DNA of 42,295 nucleotides from Candidatus Dojkabacteria bacterium (GTDB lineage Bacteria > Patescibacteriota > Dojkabacteria > SC72). Positions 1-7,996 of this stretch are shown in pieces (position 1 is the stretch's first letter; every line of letters begins with the position of its first letter). Under the pieces are notes generated by a model. That model saw only the letters and a program-made list of their open reading frames with translations. It was not told where the DNA came from and made no database searches. The stretch is from positions 1 to 42,295 of the forward strand of contig JAXGWV010000002.1 in NCBI GenBank assembly GCA_040773125.1, given 5' to 3'. The translations under genes were made by a program, and so were the position numbers.

Positions 1-288
1 AAAGTAAAGGGGCTGAGCATTGAGATTTCTAGGCATCTCTCCATGAAAACCCGCTTCATTTGCCAAGCAGACTAATGCTTCATGCGAATATATTTTTGAA
101 GGTATAACAGAAGGAAAATATTTTTCAAATAAATCTAACATGTGTTGATCTATTTCCTTAAGGTTAACATCTGTAAGCTGTAAGTAGGAGTAAGTTGATG
201 GATTTTCTCTCTCCAATGCTTGTAGAATTTCATTATTAATCTCCTCTTTCCAATCATGGGGCTTCTCTTGTTCGTAATTATTATTCAT
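1..288 (-). CDS. hypothetical protein, N-terminal 96 codons only (gene runs off the left edge)
   Basis: My own minus-strand translation from the ATG (complement of 286-288) stays open for all 96 codons to position 1: MNNNYEQEKPHDWKEEINNEILQALERENPSTY... It is absent from the ORF track because it has no stop in the window. No motif recognised. Confidence 0.45.
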   Translation of the reverse strand, partial: MNNNYEQEKPHDWKEEINNEILQALERENPSTYSYLQLTDVNLKEIDQHMLDLFEKYFPSVIPSKIYSHEALVCLANEAGFHGEMPRNLNAQPLYF

Positions 289-310
289 TTTTTAAAAGTA
301 AAATAAGATA

Positions 311-844
311 TTAAATATTTTTACCTAACTTTTTTTTTAATGTTTTAAACATATCTGCCTTACTCTTCTTCTCATCCTTTAGAGAATTCCCATCTATAAT
401 TTCTTTCCATTTCTTTACTAAAAATTCAGGACAATCTTCCAAAGGTTGAACTTTAACACTTACACTTGTTGAACCAGTTTGTATAACTGAAACAGTTGCT
501 GCAAAATCATTAGATTCTAGAAAATGCACTTGAACATTTCCTTCCTGTGGATATTCGGGGAGGGTTGTAGACATATAATCACATAATTCAATTACCTCTT
601 TTGGTTCGTTAATAACTACAGTATTAACAAAGGAAGTCTTTATTATTCCATTGGGGATTAAACTATCATAAATGAAAACATTAACATCTTCGACGGTTGT
701 ATTCTCTAAATCCTCTGTTTGAGAATCACCACTAAAACCATAAGTGAAGATACCCTCTAAATCCTTTCTAATGAAATCTAGGCGATTCTGTTTCCAATCA
801 TCTTCCAATGGATCCGGAGACTCTGTACGGTATCTTTCTGACAT
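311..844 (-). CDS. hypothetical acidic protein, translationally coupled to clpP
   Basis: 177-aa ORF. Its ATG shares one base with the clpP stop (TAATG at 842-846). No family motif recognised. Lys-rich C-terminal tail. Confidence 0.6.
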   Translation of the reverse strand: MSERYRTESPDPLEDDWKQNRLDFIRKDLEGIFTYGFSGDSQTEDLENTTVEDVNVFIYDSLIPNGIIKTSFVNTVVINEPKEVIELCDYMSTTLPEYPQEGNVQVHFLESNDFAATVSVIQTGSTSVSVKVQPLEDCPEFLVKKWKEIIDGNSLKDEKKSKADMFKTLKKKLGKNI

Positions 845-1425
845 TATCTTTTTTTAATTATTTTATCTATCAAACCGTAAGCTTTAGCTTCGGTAGCAGT
901 AAAATATTTATCTCTATCAGCATCCTTTGTAATTTGTGCTATGGATTTACCAGTTTTTTCCGAAATCATTTTATAAAGGCTTTCTCTAATCTTTAATATC
1001 TCTTTTGCCTCAATTGCTATATCACTTGCTTGTCCCTCTACTCCACCAAGAGGTTGGTGAATATGTATTTTACTGTTCGGAAGGGCATATCTTTTGCCTT
1101 TTGCACCGTTAATAAGAAGCATTGTTCCCATAGAGGCAGCAATACCGACTGCAGTAGTAGAAACATCGGGCTTAATGTAATTCATAGTATCTATAATGGC
1201 CATACCTGCTGTAATATGTCCTCCAGGAGAATTGATAAACATCTGGATGTCGGCATCTGGGTCCTCTTTCTCTAAAAAGAGCAATTGAGCTACTACAGTA
1301 TTAGCCATATTAGTTTCAATCTCCCCACTTACAAAAACGATTCTGTCTTTAAGAAGTCTTGAGTATATGTCATATGCTCTTTCTCCACCTCTTTCTTTTT
1401 CAATAACTGTTGGTATTAATATCAT
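844..1425 (-). CDS. clpP: ATP-dependent Clp protease proteolytic subunit ClpP
   Basis: 193 aa. Catalytic Ser context GIAASMG, His context KIHIHQP, Asp context DADRDKY. Directly downstream of tig. Confidence 0.95.
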   Translation of the reverse strand: MILIPTVIEKERGGERAYDIYSRLLKDRIVFVSGEIETNMANTVVAQLLFLEKEDPDADIQMFINSPGGHITAGMAIIDTMNYIKPDVSTTAVGIAASMGTMLLINGAKGKRYALPNSKIHIHQPLGGVEGQASDIAIEAKEILKIRESLYKMISEKTGKSIAQITKDADRDKYFTATEAKAYGLIDKIIKKR

Positions 1426-1455
1426 AGAACAATATTAACAAATTAATAGGCAGTT

Positions 1456-2481
1456 CTATTCTCCTAAAACCTCTTTTGAAAAAGCTCTAAAAGCTTTTTC
1501 TTTCTCCTCTACCCTTCTTATGTATTCTTTCCATTCTTCATTTTCAAAAAGAGATTTGTCCTCTATTTGTGGTGATTTTGTGATTATTTCTTCAATCTTT
1601 GCTTTTAACTCTTCATCTGTAACCTTAATTCCCTTGTCGATTGCATATAATTTAAGGAAGACATCAGTTTCTAGAGCCTCTTTAGCATCTTTTAGCCAAA
1701 GCTCTCTCATCTTCTCTATCGTAACATTATTTGATTTAAGGAAAGCATCTATCTTACTTTGATCATGACCAAAATCATGCATAAAGGAATGTTCTCTCTC
1801 CTCTGCTTCATATTGAATTGCTGCTTTTGGAATTTCTATTTTACTAATTTTTATTGCCTGCATTAATGCTTCATCTTCTGCTTTTCTTCTAGAAATAATT
1901 TTCTTTTGATTCTCAATTGTGTTCTTTACAAATTCACTAAGATCTTTTATAGATTTGATGTTATCTATTTTAAGTTTCTTTGAAATTCCTGTTGCCCATT
2001 TATCATTAATTTCCTTCTCTCCTAAATTGTCATTTTTGAAAAGACTTGTGAGTGCATCATCAACTTCCTTATCTGTTGCCTTTGTATCTTCCTGCTTAAT
2101 TTTTATTTCTTTTAAATTTCCGAGTTTAAATTCAGGCATTATTGTAATATCCGTAGAAATAATTAAGTCCTCATCTTTTGTAAGATCAGGGAAGTTCTTG
2201 TAATTTGGAGGTGCTATAGGTGAAAGATTCTCTTTCTGCAATGCAGTTGTTAGGTACATTGGGAGTAACTTCTCAAATACTTTTACTTTAATACTAGTTC
2301 CTAACTCTGATTCAACTAAATTCGAAGGTACCTTTCCTTTCCTAAAACCATCTATCTTAGTATTACTTAACTCCTGATCTAACATAGCTTTGTAGCTTTT
2401 TTCAAAAGATTCTTTTGGAATTGTAATGGTTAATTCCACAGTATTCTTATCTATATCTTTTCTTTTATAAAAATCATCCAT
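1456..2481 (-). CDS. tig: trigger factor, short form apparently lacking the FKBP/PPIase domain
   Basis: N-terminal ribosome-binding signature GFRKGKVP and a C-terminal helical arm region. It is only 341 aa, and I see no IPGF-type PPIase motif. Confidence 0.85.
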   Translation of the reverse strand: MDDFYKRKDIDKNTVELTITIPKESFEKSYKAMLDQELSNTKIDGFRKGKVPSNLVESELGTSIKVKVFEKLLPMYLTTALQKENLSPIAPPNYKNFPDLTKDEDLIISTDITIMPEFKLGNLKEIKIKQEDTKATDKEVDDALTSLFKNDNLGEKEINDKWATGISKKLKIDNIKSIKDLSEFVKNTIENQKKIISRRKAEDEALMQAIKISKIEIPKAAIQYEAEEREHSFMHDFGHDQSKIDAFLKSNNVTIEKMRELWLKDAKEALETDVFLKLYAIDKGIKVTDEELKAKIEEIITKSPQIEDKSLFENEEWKEYIRRVEEKEKAFRAFSKEVLGE

Positions 2482-2512
2482 GAGTAGTTTGTGTTAATTT
2501 ATGCTTGTAATT

Positions 2513-3199
2513 CTATACTTTTTGATAAAGTTTGTCTAGCTTAGAAATGATGACCAATCTTTTTTCCGAAGTCCAAAGAGGTGTACAAGTAATAAGAGTA
2601 AGTCGATAATCTTCAGTATCTTGAAGAACGGAGAGGTCGTTATCGTTAACGATTTTAGTTTCTGTAACGATATATTTCCATTCACCTTCATTGTGGGAAA
2701 GCAGGATAGTATCACCAATCTGTACTTTGTCCAAATTAAAAAAAGTATTTTTTGCTGGTGGAAGGTAATAGAAACGATGACCAATTATTACTGAATTTCC
2801 CTTCTGTCCTGGATATTTCGAAGTGGGAAAATGCCAAAAACCTAAATCCATTGTTTTTGAGGATGTCCCTTGGAAAATTCTTCCATAAATTAGTGCTGAG
2901 TCAATTGTTAAAGTAGTATCTAATTCTTCCAAAAGTTTATTTTCGAGAATAATATTTTTTGATTGGATTGATTCTTCTATAGAATCAGATCCAAACTCAA
3001 CGATTCTGTATTTATCAGGGGATGGGGAAACAGTTGTTAGTAGAGAAATGTAGGTCTTTTTAGTAATGTCGTAGATATTGAGCTTTTTTAATTGCAACCC
3101 AATTTCATTTAAGTGGGGATAGGCGATAAAATAAAAAGTTGGAACTAACACCAATAGTATAAGGAAGAATGTTAATACAATTTTTAACAGTTTATTCAT
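2513..3199 (-). CDS. sortase family transpeptidase
   Basis: N-terminal TM anchor, conserved His (VIIGHRFY), catalytic Cys motif TLITC and downstream Arg (EKRLVI). Confidence 0.85.
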   Translation of the reverse strand: MNKLLKIVLTFFLILLVLVPTFYFIAYPHLNEIGLQLKKLNIYDITKKTYISLLTTVSPSPDKYRIVEFGSDSIEESIQSKNIILENKLLEELDTTLTIDSALIYGRIFQGTSSKTMDLGFWHFPTSKYPGQKGNSVIIGHRFYYLPPAKNTFFNLDKVQIGDTILLSHNEGEWKYIVTETKIVNDNDLSVLQDTEDYRLTLITCTPLWTSEKRLVIISKLDKLYQKV

Positions 3200-3249
3200 A
3201 ATTACCGTACTATTGTACTAAATTTTGAGAAAGGTTGCATTATTTGTGA

Positions 3250-3266
3250 AATTATATTATCCTAAA
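3250..3266. repeat. left copy of a perfect 17-nt inverted repeat
   Basis: AATTATATTATCCTAAA. Its reverse complement TTTAGGATAATATAATT occurs at 4258-4274. Confidence 0.8.
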
Positions 3267-3300
3267 CTAGTAACTATATAAATTTTAATATAGGTTAAAC

Positions 3301-4239
3301 GTGGCAAAGAAAAAAATTAATTCTGCCAAGAAAAATAATCAAAAAGTGTCTAATTCTTCCAAAGACAGTATGGTGTCTAAGGTTAAAATTAAAGAAAAAA
3401 GAGATCTTTCTCTTTCAAGACTTATAGGGACACTTTTTATTTTATTTGGTTTGCTTTTAATTGGCTACGGAATTTTTTCTTATATTAAAAGCAACAATAA
3501 TCCTCAACTCGACGAATCTCTGTCTGCACCTACTTTGGGAGAGACAGTTACCGCAGTAAATGGGGAAAATATAGTTGTCAAGGGTGTTGCAGAAGGTTTT
3601 AAGAAGGTTCAAGTATATATCGATAATGAACTTGTTGGTACCACTAAGGTTGATAAAGAAGGGAAGTTTGAATTTGCTCATAAAGTAGAAAATGAAGGGA
3701 AATATATTGTTTCTACTTCTGCAATAAAAGGTGCTTTAAAAAAGGTTGTTTCTCCGAAATCAGACCCAATAATTGTTTCCGTTGACAGAACAGCACCTGA
3801 ATTGGCAAAGATTAATTACTTGAAAGAAGTTGGGACAGAAACATTTGCATTGTCAGGAGAGGCAGAGCCAGGAAGTACGGTTGTGGTCAAAAGAGGAACA
3901 GATATTTATGAAACCGAGGTTGGAGATGATGGGAAATTTGTAATTAAAGATATTATTCTTAGAGATGAAGGAGCTAATGTCTTTTCAGTAGTTCTGAGAG
4001 ATAAAGCAGGCAATAGTAAGGAGATAGAAGAAAAAGTTTCTGTTGTATATTCTAAAGATAGTTCTGTAAATGGAAATGCTGTTATAGATGCTGATTTACC
4101 GGTTGCAGCTGGAGAATTAGAATTAGCACTCTCTATTTTAAGAGATGGTCAGATAATGGGAATTATTGGTGTCCTTGCTTTAATAGCCTTTCTTGCTACT
4201 TCTGGGATTATCGTATACAAAAAGAATAGATTACAGTAA
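3301..4239 (+). CDS. membrane-anchored surface protein with two Ig-like beta domains and a C-terminal sorting-signal-like tail
   Basis: GTG start, which is uncertain (alternative ATG at 3370). N-terminal TM segment. Two similar beta-rich segments (VVKGVAEGFKKVQVYIDNELVGTTKVDKEGKFEF and LSGEAEPGSTVVVKRGTDIYETEVGDDGKFVI). C-terminus has LPVAAG (4096-4113), then a hydrophobic helix and a KKNRLQ basic tail. Confidence 0.7.
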   Translation: MAKKKINSAKKNNQKVSNSSKDSMVSKVKIKEKRDLSLSRLIGTLFILFGLLLIGYGIFSYIKSNNNPQLDESLSAPTLGETVTAVNGENIVVKGVAEGFKKVQVYIDNELVGTTKVDKEGKFEFAHKVENEGKYIVSTSAIKGALKKVVSPKSDPIIVSVDRTAPELAKINYLKEVGTETFALSGEAEPGSTVVVKRGTDIYETEVGDDGKFVIKDIILRDEGANVFSVVLRDKAGNSKEIEEKVSVVYSKDSSVNGNAVIDADLPVAAGELELALSILRDGQIMGIIGVLALIAFLATSGIIVYKKNRLQ

Positions 4240-4257
4240 AGGTATTGTGGTATTATA

Positions 4258-4274
4258 TTTAGGATAATATAATT
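4258..4274. repeat. right copy of a perfect 17-nt inverted repeat
   Basis: TTTAGGATAATATAATT, the exact reverse complement of 3250-3266. It contains TATAAT (4268-4273), 13 nt before the AI-2E transporter ATG. Confidence 0.8.
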
Positions 4275-4286
4275 ATTGCAATAAAT

Positions 4287-5390
4287 ATGCCTAAGATTTA
4301 CTCTGTAGAAAGTAAGGATGGTTCGGATTCAAGTGAGCTTCAGAGGGTTCAAATTGATTTATCACCAACTCTACTTGCATTGATTGTCTCAATAATCGCT
4401 CTTATGTTTTGGGGAAAACAATTCATTTCAATATTACTCTTTTTGCTGTTTTCGTTTGTACTCATGTGTGCTATGAGGCCAGTTGTTAATTGGTTTTTAA
4501 AGAAGAAAATGTCCAAAAATGTTGCAATATTTCTTTCATATTTTTCCCTTTTGGTTTTCCTTCTTGTCATTTTAGCAATAATCTTTGTTCCTTTTGTTAA
4601 TCAGATAGGTGGATTTTTTGAAGCATTACCTGAATGGATATCAAAATTATTAAGTTCCATAAATGGTTTAAATATTAATGGTCTTAAGATAGATAGTTCG
4701 TCAATTGAGAAATCTGTTTCCGATTGGGTTGGTTCTCTAACTACATCAGCTAATGTCAAAAGTCTAACAACTACTCTTGGAGGATTCTTCAGTGGTTTTA
4801 CAACTTTGTTGTCAGCAACAGTCTTTTCTATTTATTTGGTATCAGAGCATGACTCTTTGGTGGATATAATTTTTGTTAAAATCCGTTCCAAAGATAGAGT
4901 GCAAAGAGTCAAGCAGTTAATTTTTGATGTGGAAAATAAACTTGGAGGATGGATCTTAGGACAAGGAACAGTTAGTTTGATAGCCACTCTGGTTTCTGTT
5001 GTATTACTGTCCCTTTTTAAAGTTCCTTTTGCCATTCCTTTAGCAGTTTTTGTAGGTCTAATGGATGCAATTCCTAGTATTGGTGCTACTCTAGGGGGAA
5101 TAGCTGTCGGAATTGTTTCTCTCATCACACTTGGTCCGCTTAATGCATTTATAATATTAATTCTCATGATTGTTTATCAACAGATTGAGAACAATTTTAT
5201 TATTCCAAAAGTTATGGGAAATGTTGTTGGAGTCAAACCTTTCTATGTGATGGCCGGAGTTGTCATTATGCTTATCATTGCTGGTCCATTAGGAGCTGTT
5301 GTTGCGGTTCCAATAATTGTGTTAATTAAAATTCTTTATGAATTCTATATAGACTTGCAAAAAATAGAAGCGAAAGGTATTGTTAATTAA
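4287..5390 (+). CDS. AI-2E family (PerM/UPF0118) transporter
   Basis: 367 aa, multiple TM helices. Family-typical C-terminal motif YQQIENNFIIPKVMG. Confidence 0.85.
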   Translation: MPKIYSVESKDGSDSSELQRVQIDLSPTLLALIVSIIALMFWGKQFISILLFLLFSFVLMCAMRPVVNWFLKKKMSKNVAIFLSYFSLLVFLLVILAIIFVPFVNQIGGFFEALPEWISKLLSSINGLNINGLKIDSSSIEKSVSDWVGSLTTSANVKSLTTTLGGFFSGFTTLLSATVFSIYLVSEHDSLVDIIFVKIRSKDRVQRVKQLIFDVENKLGGWILGQGTVSLIATLVSVVLLSLFKVPFAIPLAVFVGLMDAIPSIGATLGGIAVGIVSLITLGPLNAFIILILMIVYQQIENNFIIPKVMGNVVGVKPFYVMAGVVIMLIIAGPLGAVVAVPIIVLIKILYEFYIDLQKIEAKGIVN

Positions 5391-5421
5391 GAAGATTTAA
5401 GTTTTTTACTGCCCGAGATAA

Positions 5422-7959
5422 ATGAGTAATGAAACTTCAAAAAAACCTAAGGTATTCTTTTTTGATGACTACTCTGCGAAAGAATTGAATGAAGACAAGG
5501 TTGGAAGAAAGGGATTAAGTCTTTTCAGGCTTAAAGATATGGATGTCCCGGTCCCAGAATTTTTTGTCATATCAAGTGATGTTTTTGTTGAGCATTCTTT
5601 AAAAGTATTTAAAAGAAACAAAGAGAAACTACTTGGCAAAGGAAAGAATCCAGAAGCTTTTGAGATTGAATCAATGATGGTTAACGAATCATTAGACAAG
5701 GAAGCACAAGAAGAAATACTTTCTGCATATACAAGATTATCTGGTTTTACTGATGCTTGGGTTTCAGTAAGATCTTCTGTAGTTTTTCCAAATAATAAAG
5801 ATGTGTCATTTACTGGGATTTTTTCAACTGAGCTAAATGTAAGAAAATATGATGAGTTATTACCATCAATTAAAAGAATTTTTTCTTCAATGTTTTGCGA
5901 TGATGTTGTGGCATATGCAAAAAGAATGAATATTGATATTGCAGATGTCAAAATGGCGGTTGTCGTTCAAAAAATGGTTCAGTCTGAAGTGGCAGGTATT
6001 GTATATACAGTTGACCCAATTAGTCAGGAGAAAACGAAATTAAACATTGAGGCTGTTTATGGATTAGGTGATGTAATTTCTTTGGGCGAAGTAACCCCAG
6101 ATACGTATTTATTAAACAAAAAAGATCTTTCAACTGTTGAAAAACATATTGCTCCTCAAGAGTGGATGAAAGTTAGGACTATGAAACAAGTTAAAAAAAT
6201 GAATCAAGGTGTTGAAAAGATAAAAATTTCCAAAGGTTGGAGTCATAAGCAGAAATTGTCAGACAAGGACATTCAAGAAATATCCAAGATTGCCTTAGTT
6301 ATTGAAGATAGAAGTGGTGAAGCCCAAAGTATCGAATGGGTTCTCTCTGGAGGAAGATTTTGGGTTTTGCAAAACAAACCCGTAAGGTTTAAATCACTAG
6401 ATTATGAAATACAAAGCGAAATTGCTATTGATGTTCGACCAAATGTAAGAGAGGAAATTCTTGGCTTTATCGAAAAATTTGACATCAAAGAAGAAATGAT
6501 TTCTTCAGCAATGACAGAAGCAAAAAATATTGTGCAGAAAAACAATGACGAAGATATTAAACGACTTGAGAAATTAATAGTTCAGGCAAGAAAGGAACTT
6601 GATGCTGAAATAAATAAGCAGGAGACTAGGAGAGAAGATTTCGTTATTTCTGGTATAGGAGCAAGTTTTGGTACAGTAACAGGCAAAATAAATATTGTTG
6701 ATGGCCCAGTAGATAAGAAATATACAAAGGAAGATATACTATTAATCAAGAGATACTCATCGGAAATGGAGAAAATGATTCTTTCTTCAGGTGGAATAAT
6801 TATGGAAACTGGTGGGCTAACGAGTGATACGGCAATCCTATGCAGGGAATTTAAGATTCCTGCAGTTGTTGGGGCAGCTACTGCTTCTTCGCTGCTTAGT
6901 GATGGGGATATTGTTAAACTTGATGGAAATTCAGGAACCGTATACAAGAGCTCTAAATTAGCCGATGAATTGAAGAAAGGACCCCACCCCATTGCGGATG
7001 TATATGCTCGTGGGGATGTTAATTTGTCAATGACTTCTGAGGAAGGAATAGATGATACTTCTATTCCACCAAAAGATATTACTTTACCACCAACAGCGAC
7101 TAGGATTTTCTCTTTAGTTGATAGAGAGCCCAAAAAACTATTTGATTTTGTAGGGAATTCCAATGGTCTTGTATATATTGATTTAGATAAAATAATGATT
7201 GAAGATGGTCGCCACATTCTGCAGTATGTTGAAGACAAAAAGTTTGTAGATTATTCAAAAAAAATATGTAATACCATTCTTGAATATGTTAATTTAGCGA
7301 AAGGTGATGAAGTTGTCATCTCTATAGGTTCAGCAAAAGTTAAAGATTTCCGAGGATTAGTAGGAGGAAAGAAATATGAAGATGAATCTCTTTCCCCAGA
7401 TGCTTACGGAGCAATCCATTATGCAAGTAATCCAGAGCTTCTCAAAAGAGTTGCTAGGATAATCAGGAAGCTTCGAAATGTTTACAAGAAGAGGAATATT
7501 TCTTTAGCTATACACTCTCCAATGAATGAAGATGTAATTAAGGAGATAAAAAAGCTGCTTTTAAGTGAAAAGCTTAGAAGAATGTCCTCTTTTAATTTGT
7601 ATGTAATATTGGATAATCCTTCAGAAATAATTCTTGTTGATGAGATAGTTAATACTAATCTTGATGGAGTAATCTTAAATACTCCAAGAGTAGCAATGCA
7701 GATGCAAGGTTTTAAAGTAGATGAAAAAGATGCAAAATATGATTTAGCAAGATCTAGTATCTTTAAAGTTTTAGATAATATAAACTCATCTGTAAAAGGG
7801 AAAACTGGTCGAGTTATTGTCATAGCGGAGGATAACAAACCTCTACTTAAATACTGTGTACAAGCTGGAGTCTATGGAGTGTCAGTATCGCCAGAATATA
7901 TTTCTGAAGCTAGAAGGATTGTAGCGGATGAAGAAGGCAAAATAATACTCGGTAAATAG
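5422..7959 (+). CDS. PEP synthase / pyruvate phosphate dikinase-like three-domain protein with a non-canonical swivel domain (His replaced by Asp)
   Basis: ATP-grasp N-domain motifs (WVSVRSS, VVQKMV, YGLGD, IEWVLSGGRFWVLQNKP). PEP-utiliser mobile-domain motif GGLTSDTAILCREFKIPAVVG. C-terminal TIM-barrel-like region ending GVYGVSVSPEYISEARRIV. Confidence 0.8.
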   Translation: MSNETSKKPKVFFFDDYSAKELNEDKVGRKGLSLFRLKDMDVPVPEFFVISSDVFVEHSLKVFKRNKEKLLGKGKNPEAFEIESMMVNESLDKEAQEEILSAYTRLSGFTDAWVSVRSSVVFPNNKDVSFTGIFSTELNVRKYDELLPSIKRIFSSMFCDDVVAYAKRMNIDIADVKMAVVVQKMVQSEVAGIVYTVDPISQEKTKLNIEAVYGLGDVISLGEVTPDTYLLNKKDLSTVEKHIAPQEWMKVRTMKQVKKMNQGVEKIKISKGWSHKQKLSDKDIQEISKIALVIEDRSGEAQSIEWVLSGGRFWVLQNKPVRFKSLDYEIQSEIAIDVRPNVREEILGFIEKFDIKEEMISSAMTEAKNIVQKNNDEDIKRLEKLIVQARKELDAEINKQETRREDFVISGIGASFGTVTGKINIVDGPVDKKYTKEDILLIKRYSSEMEKMILSSGGIIMETGGLTSDTAILCREFKIPAVVGAATASSLLSDGDIVKLDGNSGTVYKSSKLADELKKGPHPIADVYARGDVNLSMTSEEGIDDTSIPPKDITLPPTATRIFSLVDREPKKLFDFVGNSNGLVYIDLDKIMIEDGRHILQYVEDKKFVDYSKKICNTILEYVNLAKGDEVVISIGSAKVKDFRGLVGGKKYEDESLSPDAYGAIHYASNPELLKRVARIIRKLRNVYKKRNISLAIHSPMNEDVIKEIKKLLLSEKLRRMSSFNLYVILDNPSEIILVDEIVNTNLDGVILNTPRVAMQMQGFKVDEKDAKYDLARSSIFKVLDNINSSVKGKTGRVIVIAEDNKPLLKYCVQAGVYGVSVSPEYISEARRIVADEEGKIILGK

Positions 7960-7996
7960 CTGAGTTTTCAATATTCTCTGTGGTATACTACAAGGT

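Noticed and set aside
2536-2784. 82-aa same-strand, alternative-frame ORF inside the sortase gene.
   Set aside because: It is nested in the frame that carries the sortase His and TLITC motifs, and there is no independent support for it.
6582-7238. 218-aa minus-strand ORF inside the PpsA-like gene. Similar antisense ORFs occur at 5469-5951, 7482-7838, 11740-12318, 9736-10035, 4832-5167, 16818-17090, 30818-31141 and elsewhere.
   Set aside because: They lie wholly antisense to genes with clear family motifs. Their translations are low-complexity and rich in Ser, Ile, Leu and Phe, with no motifs and no RBS. They are typical shadow ORFs.
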